Source: Allosphingosinicella sp. (GTDB lineage Bacteria; Pseudomonadota; Alphaproteobacteria; Sphingomonadales; Sphingomonadaceae). From it: a stretch of DNA of 64,000 bases. Position 1 is the stretch's first letter. Every line of letters starts with the position of its first letter. Below the pieces are notes generated by a model. The model was not told the DNA's origin. It was given only the letters and a program-made list of their open reading frames with translations, and ran no database searches. Shown here one piece after another: positions 34,128-44,690 of this stretch. The stretch lies in assembly GCA_036403745.1 (NCBI GenBank), contig DASWQI010000007.1. One strand, written 5' to 3'. The position numbers and the translations under genes are program-made.

Positions 34128-34898
34128 ATGGACTCTCTCTTCGGGACCTTCGCCGAGCCGGCCGCCTGGGCCGCCGTTGCGACCCTCATCGTGATGGAAG
34201 TGGTGCTCGGCATCGACAATCTGATCTTCGTGTCGATCCTCTCGAACAAGCTGCCCGAGGCGAATCGGCAGAAGGTGCGGCGGATCGGCATCGGCCTCGC
34301 CCTCATCATGCGGCTGGTGCTGCTGTCGGCGATCGCCTGGCTGGTCGGCCTGACCGCGCCGGTGCTCGACCTCGGCATCGCCGGCGCCCCCGGCCCGCAC
34401 GGGGAGCCGAGCTTCGAGACCACTTTCTCCTGGCGCGATCTCATCCTGATTGCCGGCGGGATGTTCCTGCTGTGGAAGGCGACTCGCGAAATCCACCACA
34501 ATCTCCAGCCGGGCGAGGAGGACGGCATCCTCGATACGTCGAAGGCGGTGCTCGGGGTCGGCGCGGCGATCGTCCAAATCGTGCTGCTCGACATCGTCTT
34601 CTCGATCGATTCGATCCTCACCGCGGTCGGCATGACCGACCAGCTCGCGATCATGGTCGTCGCCGTGGTGGTCGCGGTCGCGATCATGCTGTTCGCCGCC
34701 GATCCGGTGGCGAACTTCATCGGGCGCAACCCGACGGTGGTGATGCTGGCTCTGGGCTTCCTGCTGATGATCGGGGCGGTGCTGATCGCCGACGGCTTCG
34801 GCGTCCATGTGCCCAAGGGCTATATCTACACCGCCATGGCCTTCTCGGCGCTGGTCGAGGGGCTCAACATGGTCGCCCGGCGGCGGCGGGCGCATTAG
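34128..34898 (+). CDS. TerC family integral membrane protein
   Basis: Track ORF of 256 aa with [17 protein letters not shown] and [17 protein letters not shown], the paired TerC motifs. Confidence 0.85.
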   Translation: MDSLFGTFAEPAAWAAVATLIVMEVVLGIDNLIFVSILSNKLPEANRQKVRRIGIGLALIMRLVLLSAIAWLVGLTAPVLDLGIAGAPGPHGEPSFETTFSWRDLILIAGGMFLLWKATREIHHNLQPGEEDGILDTSKAVLGVGAAIVQIVLLDIVFSIDSILTAVGMTDQLAIMVVAVVVAVAIMLFAADPVANFIGRNPTVVMLALGFLLMIGAVLIADGFGVHVPKGYIYTAMAFSALVEGLNMVARRRRAH

Positions 34899-34942
34899 GC
34901 GAGGCCATTGAGGCGGGGGGCGCTTGCGCCTATCTGGCTCCG

Positions 34943-35560
34943 ATGACCGTTCATTTCCATGAAGAGGATCTGCCCGCCGGCGTGTTCGGCGACGGGCCGG
35001 TGGCCGTCGACACCGAGGCGATGGGCCTCCACCCGGGGCGCGACCGCCTCTGCCTCGTCCAGATTTCGGACGGCAGCGGCGAGGAGCATCTCGTCCGCTT
35101 CGGCCCCGACAGCCGCTTCGATGCGCCGAACCTGAAGGCGGTGCTGACCGACCCCAACCGGCTGAAGCTCTACCATTTCGCCCGCTTCGACCTCGCCATC
35201 ATGCGCGCCTATCTCGGGGTGATGGCGGAGCCGGTCTATTGCACCAAGACCGCCTCCCGGCTGGTGCGGACCTACACCGACCGTCACGGCCTCAAGGAAC
35301 TGGTCAAGGAACTGCTCTGCGTCGACGTGTCGAAGCAGCAGCAATCGTCCGACTGGGGCGCGCCCGAGCTTTCCGACGCGCAGAAGGATTATGCCGGGTC
35401 CGACGTGCGCTACCTCCACCAGCTCAAGGAGAGGCTCGACGAGCGGCTGACCCGCGAGGGGCGCTGGCCGCTCGCCCAGGCCTGCTTCGATTTCCTGCCG
35501 CACCGGGCGATGCTCGATCTCGCCGGCTGGCCGGAGGTCGACATCTTCGCGCATGTCTGA
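34943..35560 (+). CDS. rnd: ribonuclease D-like 3'-5' exonuclease (short form)
   Basis: In-frame ATG at 34943 (MTVHFHEEDLPAGVFGDGPVAVDTEAMGL). DEDD exonuclease motifs present: DTE, HFARFDL and YAGSDVRYL. Confidence 0.8.
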   Translation: MTVHFHEEDLPAGVFGDGPVAVDTEAMGLHPGRDRLCLVQISDGSGEEHLVRFGPDSRFDAPNLKAVLTDPNRLKLYHFARFDLAIMRAYLGVMAEPVYCTKTASRLVRTYTDRHGLKELVKELLCVDVSKQQQSSDWGAPELSDAQKDYAGSDVRYLHQLKERLDERLTREGRWPLAQACFDFLPHRAMLDLAGWPEVDIFAHV

Positions 35561-36255
35561 TGGCCGCCGCCATGTCTGAAGCCGCCGCCAAGCCGGACGC
35601 CGGCGCCACGTCCGACGCGGCGAGGCGCGACCGCGCGGTCAAGCGCGGCTGGGCGCGGCCGGGCAGCGCGCACGACTGGCTGGTCGGGTTTTTGAAGATC
35701 CTGCTGCCGCTCGGCGTCGGCGTGGTGCTCGCCTATCTGCTCCTCTCGCCGCTCTCGAAGACTAAGGAGAACAGCTTCCTCCTCGACAAGAAGAAGGTCG
35801 AGGTGGCGCACGAGCGGCTGAAGACCCAGTCCGCCGAATATCGCGGCGTCGACGATCAAGGGCGGCCGTTCACCATCCAGGCGCAGCGGGCGGTCCAGCC
35901 GACCGCGGCAGCGCCTTTGGTCAACGTCAACGGCATGGCCGCCCAGCTGCAGATGAAGGAGGGGCCGGCGACGGTGAATGCCGACCAGGGCCAGTACAAT
36001 ATCGACAAGCAGCAGATGCAGGTCCAGGGCCCGGTCCACGTCCAGGCCGCGAACGGCTACAGGCTCGAGACGCGCGACGTGAACATCGACCTCAACACCC
36101 ACAAGGTGACGGGCAGCAACGGCGTCGAGGGCACGACCAACGTCGGCACCTTCCGCGCCGACAACATGACGTCCGACATCCGCAACAAGAGCGTCGTCCT
36201 GACGGGCCGCGCCCACTTGCATATTACGCAGGGCGGCCTCAGGGGGAAGAAATGA
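35560..36255 (+). CDS. lptC: LPS export system protein LptC
   Basis: ATG at 35560 overlapping the rnd stop (ATGA). One TM segment (WLVGFLKILLPLGVGVVLAYLLL) followed by a beta-jellyroll-like region. It sits directly upstream of lptA-lptB. Confidence 0.75.
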   Translation: MAAAMSEAAAKPDAGATSDAARRDRAVKRGWARPGSAHDWLVGFLKILLPLGVGVVLAYLLLSPLSKTKENSFLLDKKKVEVAHERLKTQSAEYRGVDDQGRPFTIQAQRAVQPTAAAPLVNVNGMAAQLQMKEGPATVNADQGQYNIDKQQMQVQGPVHVQAANGYRLETRDVNIDLNTHKVTGSNGVEGTTNVGTFRADNMTSDIRNKSVVLTGRAHLHITQGGLRGKK

Positions 36256-36824
36256 GCGCGCAACGCCTCCTCATCCTCCTCGCCGCGGCGGCGACGGCGG
36301 TGCCCGGCATTCCCTCGGCCGCGGCGGCGCCTGCGAGGAACGGCGTCTGCGCGCAGAGCGGCTTGAAGGGCCACAACAGCAATGCGCCGGTCGATTGGGA
36401 CGCGCAGCGCATCGAGGTGCAGGACCAGCAGGGCAAGGCCATCCTCACCGGCAACGTCGTCGCCCGCCAGGCCGAGCTGACGCTGACCGCGTCGCGGGTC
36501 GTTGCGGCTTACTCGAAGAAGCCCTCGACCCATGTCGACCGGCTCGATGCGAGCGGCGGCGTGGTCATCAAGGGGCCCGGCGAGACGGCGCGGGGCGCGT
36601 TCGGCATCTACGATCTGAACCAGAAGATCATCACCATGGTCGGCGGCGTCACCCTCACCCGCTGCGACGCGACGGTCAGCGGGGCGCGGCTGGTCTACGA
36701 TCTGAACAGCGGCCGCGCGGTGATGGACGGTGGCGGCGCGGCGGGTTCGGCCAATCCAGGCGGCCGCGTCACCGGCTCGTTCACGGTCAACCAGGGCAAA
36801 TCGAGTCCTTCCGCGAGCCGCTGA
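36252..36824 (+). CDS. lptA: LPS transport periplasmic protein LptA (OstA-like)
   Basis: Track ORF of 190 aa with a signal peptide. Matches include ILTGNVVARQAELTLTASRV and ARGAFGIYDLNQKIITMVGGVTLTR. ATGA overlap with lptC. Confidence 0.8.
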   Translation: MSAQRLLILLAAAATAVPGIPSAAAAPARNGVCAQSGLKGHNSNAPVDWDAQRIEVQDQQGKAILTGNVVARQAELTLTASRVVAAYSKKPSTHVDRLDASGGVVIKGPGETARGAFGIYDLNQKIITMVGGVTLTRCDATVSGARLVYDLNSGRAVMDGGGAAGSANPGGRVTGSFTVNQGKSSPSASR

Positions 36825-36921
36825 CCGCCTCCAAGACCATCATTTTTGTTCATGCACGAAGCCTGCCAGTTGAGGCGGCGGGCGGCATGGCTTACATCCC
36901 GCTGGAGCGATCGGAGCCCTG

Positions 36922-37701
<780 letters not shown>

Positions 37702-37705
37702 CATC

Positions 37706-39190
37706 ATGGGCCTCGGTCCACGCCTCGACCTTCGGCAGAGCCAGTCGCTGGTGATGACCCCGCAACTCCAGCAGGCGATCCGGCTGCTGGCGCTCTCCAA
37801 CCTTGAGGTCGAGAGCTTCATCGCCGAGGAGCTGGAGCGCAACCCTTTGCTCGACACCGGCGGCAGCGACGACGCGCCGCCCGTCGCCGAGGCCGCGCCC
37901 GACGCGGGCGAGCCGGCGACGTCCGACGAGCTGATGCTCGGAGGCGGCGGCGACGCTGCGCTCGACCTCGACCTCAATGACGAGAATCTCCACCAGGACA
38001 GCGCCGCCGACCGCGCGCTGGACGGCGGCCTCGGCCTCGAACGCATAAGCGGCGGCGGTTCGGAAGGGGACGGGCCGGACTTCGACAGCTTCGAAGCCGG
38101 CGATATCTCGCTGCACGAGCATCTGATCGCGCAGGCCGGCGAACGGCTTTCCGCCGCCGATTTCCTCATCGCCCGCCAGATCATCGAGCAGGTCGAAGAG
38201 ACGGGCTGGCTCTCCGGCTCGCTGCTCGACATCGCCCACCGCCTCGGCGTGCCGCTCGCCGAGGTCGAGCGCGTCCTCGCGGTCGTGCAGAGCTTCGACC
38301 CGGCCGGCGTGGCCGCCCGCTCTCTCGCCGAATGCCTCGCCTTGCAGGCCAAGGAGGCGGACCGCTACGACCCTGCCATGGCGCGGCTGATCGACAATCT
38401 CGATTATCTCGCCAAGGGCAATCTCGGCGCGCTCCGCCGCATCTGCGGCGTCGACGATGAGGATTTGGCCGACATGATCCGCGAGCTGCGCGCCTACGAT
38501 CCCAAGCCCGGCTGCCGCTTCGCGCAGGGCCAGCGAATCGAGGCGGTGGTGCCCGACGTGTACGTCGCCCGCCGCGCCGGCGGCTGGGCGATCGAACTCA
38601 ACTCGGCGACCCTGCCCAAGCTGCTCGTCAACCGCTCTTATTATACCGAGCTCGCCACCGGCGCCGACCGCAAATCCAAGGCGTGGCTCTCCGAATGCCT
38701 CGCCAGCGCCAATTGGCTGACCAAGGCCCTCGACCAGCGTGCCCGCACCATCGTCAAGGTCAGCGCCGAGATCGTCAAGCAGCAGGACGGCTTCTTCCGC
38801 CACGGCGTCGCCCACCTGCGCCCCCTCACGCTCCGCCAGGTCGCCGAAGTAATCGGCATGCACGAATCGACGGTGAGCCGCGTCACCTCGAACAAATATC
38901 TCGAATGCGACCGCGGCCTGTTCGAGCTCAAATATTTCTTCACCAGCGGCATCCAGTCCTCCGACGGCGGCGACGCCGTGTCCGCCGAGGCGGTCAAGTC
39001 GCACATCCGCGCGCTCATTGCTGCCGAGAGCGGGAACGCAATCCTCTCCGACGACCAGCTCGTCGACCTGCTCCGTGCCAAGGGTTTCGACATCGCCCGC
39101 CGCACCGTCGCCAAATATCGCGAAGCTCTCGGGATCGGGTCGTCCGTGCAGCGGCGGCGGCAAAAGGCGATCGGCGCGCGCGCGGCGTGA
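37706..39190 (+). CDS. rpoN: RNA polymerase sigma-54 factor
   Basis: In-frame ATG at 37706 (MGLGPRLDLRQSQSLVMTPQLQQAIRLLALSNLE). The C-terminal HTH and the RpoN box ARRTVAKYR are present. Confidence 0.95.
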   Translation: MGLGPRLDLRQSQSLVMTPQLQQAIRLLALSNLEVESFIAEELERNPLLDTGGSDDAPPVAEAAPDAGEPATSDELMLGGGGDAALDLDLNDENLHQDSAADRALDGGLGLERISGGGSEGDGPDFDSFEAGDISLHEHLIAQAGERLSAADFLIARQIIEQVEETGWLSGSLLDIAHRLGVPLAEVERVLAVVQSFDPAGVAARSLAECLALQAKEADRYDPAMARLIDNLDYLAKGNLGALRRICGVDDEDLADMIRELRAYDPKPGCRFAQGQRIEAVVPDVYVARRAGGWAIELNSATLPKLLVNRSYYTELATGADRKSKAWLSECLASANWLTKALDQRARTIVKVSAEIVKQQDGFFRHGVAHLRPLTLRQVAEVIGMHESTVSRVTSNKYLECDRGLFELKYFFTSGIQSSDGGDAVSAEAVKSHIRALIAAESGNAILSDDQLVDLLRAKGFDIARRTVAKYREALGIGSSVQRRRQKAIGARAA

Positions 39191-39310
39191 CGGCCGTCCG
39201 TGGCGGCCGCGCAACAACCAGACTCCAAAAAACGCGTCTCCCCTCAACGCAATTGTGTGCGCGGGCGGCATGTAATAGTGTCACATGCATGATAGGCTGA
39301 GGAGAGGTCG

Positions 39311-41056
39311 ATGCGCCTGCTTGCTTTGCTCCCGATGGCGGCGCTGCTGATCGCCCGCATCCGGTCCGATCGCCGCGCAGCCGCTCCGAACCGAGGCGCC
39401 CGCGTCAGATCCCGACCGCTTCTGCCAGCGCTTCATCGAGAACGCCTCGGACTGGCGCCGGACGATGTACAGCGTCTCTTCGCCAACGCCGATTTCGCCC
39501 GTGGCCTCCAATGCGCCGCCGCCCCCACCACCGCCACCGCCGGTGGCCTCCGCGGACATGATCAACTCGCTACCGCAGTCGTTCGCTGCGCAACGATCCA
39601 TCGTCGTCAGCGGCACCAAGAGCGGGCATTACGCCCCTTCGCCCGACAATCGCGACCGCTACGAAAAGAACCCCGTCGCCACCATCCAGGCGGTCGCCGA
39701 CGCGCCGGTTTCCACCTTCTCGGTCGACGTGGACACCGGCAGCTACGCGAACGTCCGCCGCCTCCTGACCAGCGGCCAGATCCCGCCGCCCGACGCGGTG
39801 CGGACCGAGGAGATGCTCAACTATTTCCGCTACGATTACCCGCTGCCGCGCGACCGCAGCCGGCCTTTCTCGGTACCACCGACATGGCCAGGACGCCGTG
39901 GAACGGCGAGACCCGGCTGCTGCGCATCGGCCTGCGCGGCTACGACGTCGAGCGCAGCGAGCGCCCGCCGGCCAACCTCGTCTTCCTGGTCGACGTCTCG
40001 GGCTCGATGATGGAGCCGGACAAGCTGCCGCTCGTCCAATGCTCGCTCGCGCTCCTCGCCGAACGGCTGACGCCGCGCGACCGTGTGTCGATCGTCGGTT
40101 ATGCCGGCAATGCCGGGCTGGTGCTCGAACCGACCTACGACAAGGAGAAGGTGGTCGCCGCCCTCGCGCGCCTTGAGGCGGACGGCTCGACGGCCGGCGG
40201 CCAGGGGATCGAGCTCGCCTACCGCTTCGCCGAGCGGAACAGGATGGAGGGCGGCATCAACCGCATCTTCCTCGCCACCGACGGCGATTTCAACGTCGGC
40301 GTCACCGACATCCGCGCCCTCATCGGCATGGTCGAGCGGGAGCGCGACACGGGCATCACGCTCACCACGCTCGGCTTCGGCTCGGGCAATTACAACGACG
40401 CGATGATGGAGCAGATCGCCGACCACGCGAACGGCAATCACGCCTATATCGACAACCCGCGCGAAGCGCAGAAGGTGCTCGAGGAGGAATTGTCCTCGAC
40501 CCTCTTCACATCGCCAAGGACGTGAAGGTGCAGGTCGAGTTCAACCCCGCCTACGTCCGCGAATACCGGCTGATCGGCTATGAGAATCGCGCGCTGACCG
40601 AGCAGGATTTCTCGAACGACAAGATCGATGCCGGCGACATCGGCGCCAGCCACCAGGTCACCGCGCTTTACGAGATCGTCCCGACAAGCGCCAAAGGCTG
40701 GCTGCCGGACCGCCACTTCGCCGCCAACCGCCGCGAGGCCGCCGGCGCGGCGAACGGCCAGCTCGCCTGGCTGCGGCTGCGCTACAAGCTGCCCGACGCA
40801 ACCCAGTCGAAGCTCATCGAGCAGCCGATCCCGGCGCGCCTCATCCAGACGGCAGGCGCCCCGCGCGGCGACACCGCCTTCCGCCGTCGCCGGGTTCGGC
40901 CAGAAGCTGCGCCACGATCCGTGGCTAAAGGACTTCGCCTTCGCCGACGCCCGCCACCGCCGGTACGCACGATTATGGCGCAACGAATTCCTCCGCCTGG
41001 TCGACCTCGCCGACAGGAATGGAGGGCGCGCCGCCGGCCGTAAGGGTCAAGACTGA
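39311..41056 (+). pseudogene. von Willebrand factor type A (YfbK-like) protein gene disrupted by four single-base frameshifts
   Basis: Family-typical segments lie in successive reading frames: signal peptide MRLLALLPMAALLIA; VSTFSVDVDTGSYANVRRLL...MLNYFRYDYP; NLVFLVDVSGSM...TDGDFNVG...GFGSGNYND; KVQVEFNPAYVREYRLIGYENR; AVAGFGQKLR...RNEFLRLV. The frame switches fall near 39350, 39873, 40509 and 40884. Confidence 0.75.
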
Positions 41057-41101
41057 ACCCTGGGCCTTGCCAGCGGCGCCGGCGCCGCGCTTAGGGGGCG
41101 G

Positions 41102-41884
41102 ATGGACCCTGCCATCCTCGTCCTCGCCGGACGCCGCTCGCCCGCCACCGATCCGCTCGCCTTGCGCGCCGGCGTCACCCACAAGGCGATGGTGCCGGTC
41201 GGCGGCGAGGCGATGGTCGGCCGGGTGCTGCGGATCGCCGAACAGGCCTTTCCCGGCGCGGCCCTCTTCGTCTCGGTCGATGACGCAGCAGCCATCGCCG
41301 GCGACCCGACCGTCGCCCGCCTCACCGCCGCCGGCAGGCTGCGGACGCTGGAGGCGCGGCCCAACATCGTCGACAGCGTCGTGGCGGCGAGCCAAGCCAC
41401 CGGCTTCCCCCTCCTCATCACCACTGCCGACAACGTGCTGATGACGCCGGACGGCATGCGCGTCATCGCCGCGCTTGGCCGCGAGGGCGGCGCCGACGCC
41501 ATCGCCATGATGGCCGAGCGCGCCGCCATCCTTGCCGCGCACCCGGACGGGCAGCGCCGCTTCTACGCCTTCCGCGGCGGCGCTTACTCGAACTGCAACC
41601 TGTTCTGGCTGGGGAGCGACAAGGCGTTGCGCGCCACCGAAAGCTTCCGCCTCGGCGGCCAGTTCGCCAAGCACAAACGCCGCGCCGTGAAGGCGCTCGG
41701 CCTCACCACCTTGTTCCTGTTCGTGAGCCGGCTGCTGACGCTGGAGGGGATGTTCCGCCACTTCTCGCGGCGCTTCGGCGTGCGCATCGTGCCGCTGGTA
41801 ACGCCCGACGGCCGCCTCGCCATCGACGTCGACAATGAGCGGACCTTCGGCGTCGCCGAGGAAATCCTCGCCCGCGCCGGCTGA
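41102..41884 (+). CDS. nucleotidyltransferase family protein (MobA-like NTP-transferase fold)
   Basis: Track ORF of 260 aa. The N-terminus ILVLAGRRS...KAMVPVGGEAMVGRVL resembles sugar/MobA-type nucleotidyltransferases. Confidence 0.6.
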   Translation: MDPAILVLAGRRSPATDPLALRAGVTHKAMVPVGGEAMVGRVLRIAEQAFPGAALFVSVDDAAAIAGDPTVARLTAAGRLRTLEARPNIVDSVVAASQATGFPLLITTADNVLMTPDGMRVIAALGREGGADAIAMMAERAAILAAHPDGQRRFYAFRGGAYSNCNLFWLGSDKALRATESFRLGGQFAKHKRRAVKALGLTTLFLFVSRLLTLEGMFRHFSRRFGVRIVPLVTPDGRLAIDVDNERTFGVAEEILARAG

Positions 41885-41921
41885 GCCGGCATCCGAAAAA
41901 CGTTGCGCGGGCGTGCCTGTG

Positions 41922-41947
41922 GCAACCGCCGCGCCGGTGCGGCCGTT
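41922..41947 (+). promoter_or_regulatory. near-consensus EcfG-type promoter candidate (GCAAC-N17-CGTT)
   Basis: GCAAC at 41922-41926, a 17-nt spacer and CGTT at 41944-41947. It is 26 nt upstream of the small ORF at 41974. There is one mismatch in the -35 element. Confidence 0.3.
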
Positions 41948-41973
41948 CCCCTTCTCCACGAAGGAGACCGACG

Positions 41974-42111
41974 ATGACCGACCACAAGAAAAAGGGCGAT
42001 TTCGACCAGTGGCAGAACGAGGATAAAGGCGGCGACAAGAAGCAGCACGACAATCGTAACGAGGCGAGCCGGACCGGTGGCCAGAATAGCGGCCACGGCG
42101 GGCATAAGTAG
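41974..42111 (+). CDS. unlisted small hydrophilic protein (45 aa, Lys/Gly/Asp/His-rich)
   Basis: My own translation gives MTDHKKKGDFDQWQNEDKGGDKKQHDNRNEASRTGGQNSGHGGHK. An AAGGAG sits 7 nt upstream of the ATG, and third-codon positions are mostly G/C. It is below the apparent length cutoff of the ORF track. Confidence 0.45.
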   Translation: MTDHKKKGDFDQWQNEDKGGDKKQHDNRNEASRTGGQNSGHGGHK

Positions 42112-42267
42112 GTTCGTCTGCTCGAGGGGGATGCGGAAGGCGGACCATCGTCGCAGCCGCCGGGCCTGCGAAACGCCGAACCGTTCGTCGCCTTCAGCAA
42201 CCAATGTCCTGCCGGGCGGTTTTCGCCACCAAGGACCAGCAGCGGGTGCGGCTGAAAGGAGCTTAGT

Positions 42268-42825
42268 ATGTTCCGGCGTATGATGGCAGTTTTGCTGATC
42301 GCGGCGTCCCCGGCCGCCGCCTTCGGCCAGGACGAGGAGATGGGCGGCTGGGCGCTTGCCCAGATGCCCAACGGCTGCATGGTCCAGGCGACGTCTCCGC
42401 AGGGGACGATGATCTCGATCTGGGCGTTTGCGGGCGAGCAGAAGCTCGCCTTCCTGCTCCAGAACCGGACGTGGAACTCCCTGCGCGACGGCAAGAATTA
42501 CGCGCTGAAGCTCGACACGGACGCCCAGTCCTGGCCGGTCGACGCCATCGCCCGCCAGCATATCGACAGCGACGGCCCCGGCCTCCTCTTCACGGTCGAG
42601 CCGGGCAGCCGCACCAACAGCGGGTTCTTGAATGCCTTCGCCTCGTCCAAGGGGATGCGGATCAGCCAGGACGGCCGCAGCTTCGACACCCTGCCGCTCG
42701 CCGGCAGCCACGGCGCCATGGCCTCGCTCGCCAAATGCCTGGCCGAACGCTGGTCGAGCGCTTCGGCGACCGACACCGACGAGGAGCCGGCGAAGAAGGC
42801 GGATCCGGCGGCCACGACCATCTGA
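42268..42825 (+). CDS. secreted hypothetical protein
   Basis: Track ORF of 185 aa with a signal peptide (MFRRMMAVLLIAASPAAAFGQ) and an AAAGGAG SD upstream. Confidence 0.6.
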   Translation: MFRRMMAVLLIAASPAAAFGQDEEMGGWALAQMPNGCMVQATSPQGTMISIWAFAGEQKLAFLLQNRTWNSLRDGKNYALKLDTDAQSWPVDAIARQHIDSDGPGLLFTVEPGSRTNSGFLNAFASSKGMRISQDGRSFDTLPLAGSHGAMASLAKCLAERWSSASATDTDEEPAKKADPAATTI

Positions 42826-42946
42826 CGCCGCTGCGGCACGCCATCGGCCTGCCGCCGCGAGTCCGCGATTCGCCCCGTGCCGCCGGCGGGGGGCGTGACG
42901 CGGGCTTGCGTGCGCGCTAAACAGAGTGGCGGGGGAGGAGGCATCA

Positions 42947-43093
42947 TTGAACGAGCTCGAATATCTCGGGCTCGCTGCGGGGGTTACCGTGGCGATCCTG
43001 TTTCCCTTCATCGTCGTGTCGGTCCACGCGCGCCGCGAACGGCGTCGCAACCGCAAGGCCGGTTCCCGCCGCACCGACAAGATCCACCTCTAG
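42947..43093 (+). CDS. unlisted small single-TM protein (48 aa)
   Basis: TTG start 6 nt after GGAGGAGG. The translation is (M)NELEYLGLAAGVTVAILFPFIVVSVHARRERRRNRKAGSRRTDKIHL, with G/C-rich third-codon positions. Confidence 0.4.
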   Translation: MNELEYLGLAAGVTVAILFPFIVVSVHARRERRRNRKAGSRRTDKIHL

Positions 43094-43320
43094 CGGCCTC
43101 CCCTGCGCCCCGCTGAAACGGCCGCCGCAATAATTCTTTTACTGTTGCACAAACGGCTCACCGCCCGTTTCCAACGCCTCGCCGTGGCGGAATTCCGCGA
43201 TTTTTCGCAGGCTGCGGCAGGGCCCGTACGGGTCCGGAACGGGCCGTTCATCCTAAAGCCATGAAACTCTTCAGACTTACCGGTCGTTGTGCCGTCAAGT
43301 TGTGAAAGGAGCCAGGAGTT

Positions 43321-43584
43321 ATGGCGACGAGTATCCTTGAGGCGCGCGGCGGCTGCATCATTCCGCAGGCGGATCAGCGTGGCTATCATATCGTCTACCG
43401 CGAGCATGAAACCAATTACTGCCCGGGTTGCGGGCGGACCCACTGGTATATCGGCCGCTCGATGGCCGAGTGCGCGTTCTGCACGACGGCGCTGCCGCTC
43501 GAGAACGCACCGATGATCGCCGGCGGCGCCATCGTCCGCACCATCCGGCGCCCGATGTTCCCCGACCAGGCCTACGCGGCCTGA
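43321..43584 (+). CDS. small zinc-ribbon-like protein (CPGC...CAFC)
   Basis: Track ORF of 87 aa with a GGAG SD upstream and two CxxC pairs 13 residues apart. Confidence 0.55.
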   Translation: MATSILEARGGCIIPQADQRGYHIVYREHETNYCPGCGRTHWYIGRSMAECAFCTTALPLENAPMIAGGAIVRTIRRPMFPDQAYAA

Positions 43585-43610
43585 CCGCCGTCCCCTGCGA
43601 CGCGCGAAAG

Positions 43611-43644
43611 CGCCGGCCCTCCCGCCCGGGACGGCCGGCGTTTT
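43611..43644 (+). terminator. rho-independent terminator after the zinc-ribbon gene
   Basis: CGCCGGCCCTCCCG..CGGGACGGCCGGCG is a long GC stem with one mismatch, followed by TTTTCG. Confidence 0.6.
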
Positions 43645-43654
43645 CGTGCATGCT

Positions 43655-44632
43655 CTACGGAGCTTTCCGCACCGGCACCGGCGCATTGCACAAATCGACC
43701 CCGCCGGCGGGGCGATTGAAGAAGCTGCCGCCGCGGTTGGCGCGGCCCTTCACATAAGCGGCGAAGGACGCGCTGTCGGTGCGCATCGCCTGGAAGCGGG
43801 GGCGCTCCGCGGCCGGGATGTCGGCGGCGAGGCGCGCGCGCGCGATGCCGACATTCTGCTTCGGATCCTCGTAGAAGCCGAGATTGCCGGTGCCGCGCGG
43901 GCGGGCCGACAGGAGCTGCATGCCCTCGATCACGCGGCCGATCAGCGCGATGTTCAAATCGAGGTGGCGCGGCGCGTGGCCGATCACCGCGTACAATTCG
44001 CCGCCGCTGCCGGTGTCGGGAGCGAGATCGCGGCCGACGCCGACGTAGCCGTAGCAATGGGTGAGCCAGGCCTTGCCCGCCTTGGGGTCGTAGCCGATCG
44101 GCCAGCCGTTCGTATGGCCGGCGCGCGGGGCATAGCTGTCGGGGTAGCCGAGCGGGCGAATGGTCAGGCCCCCGATGCGGCGCGAATATTCCGCCGGCGG
44201 CTTGGCCACGACGGCGGCGGGAAAGGGGGTTTTCGCCTCGTTATTCCCCCATTGCGCGACATAATTGTCCTGCACCCGGTACACGCTCGATCCGTTCCAC
44301 CAGCCGCCGCGGGCGAAGGCGCGGACGTTGGCGACGTGGACGGGGGCGAAATCCGGCGCCAGCTCGATGACGATGCGGCCGCCCTCGCTCAGTTCGATGA
44401 CGAGGAGATTTTCCGGCGCCACGTCGCGCCATGCAGCGGCGGGCGCGTTCTTAATCGCGTCGGAAGGCTCCGCCACCCGAGCGATGGGCACCGGCCGCCA
44501 CGCGGCGGCGGGGGCCGTCTTCGTCGTGTGGGAGGGCTCCGCGGCGCCTGCGGCGGGCACCGGCCGCCAGGCGGGCGGCGGCGCCGCTCCAGCCAGAACG
44601 ATGGCGGCGAGAAAGGCGGCGGCTGTGCGCAT
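43655..44632 (-). CDS. secreted cyclophilin-type peptidyl-prolyl isomerase-like protein with an N-terminal 23-aa tandem repeat
   Basis: ATG at 44632 (MRTAAAFLAAIVLAGA) within track ORF 43655..44722. VIELAPDFAPVHVANVRAFARGGWWNGSSVYRVQDNYVAQWG resembles the cyclophilin-like PPIases annotated in sphingomonads. Confidence 0.7.
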   Translation of the reverse strand: MRTAAAFLAAIVLAGAAPPPAWRPVPAAGAAEPSHTTKTAPAAAWRPVPIARVAEPSDAIKNAPAAAWRDVAPENLLVIELSEGGRIVIELAPDFAPVHVANVRAFARGGWWNGSSVYRVQDNYVAQWGNNEAKTPFPAAVVAKPPAEYSRRIGGLTIRPLGYPDSYAPRAGHTNGWPIGYDPKAGKAWLTHCYGYVGVGRDLAPDTGSGGELYAVIGHAPRHLDLNIALIGRVIEGMQLLSARPRGTGNLGFYEDPKQNVGIARARLAADIPAAERPRFQAMRTDSASFAAYVKGRANRGGSFFNRPAGGVDLCNAPVPVRKAP

Positions 44633-44690
44633 GAGAAGCTCCCCGGTTGCGGGGGTCTCCTTAGCATGGCGCCGTGGCCGAAAGGGAAGA

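Noticed and set aside
39311-41056. Programmed frameshifting as an explanation for the split vWA gene
   Set aside because: There are four independent shifts in both directions with no slippery heptamers evident at the junctions. Decay, or less likely sequencing error, is the simpler explanation.
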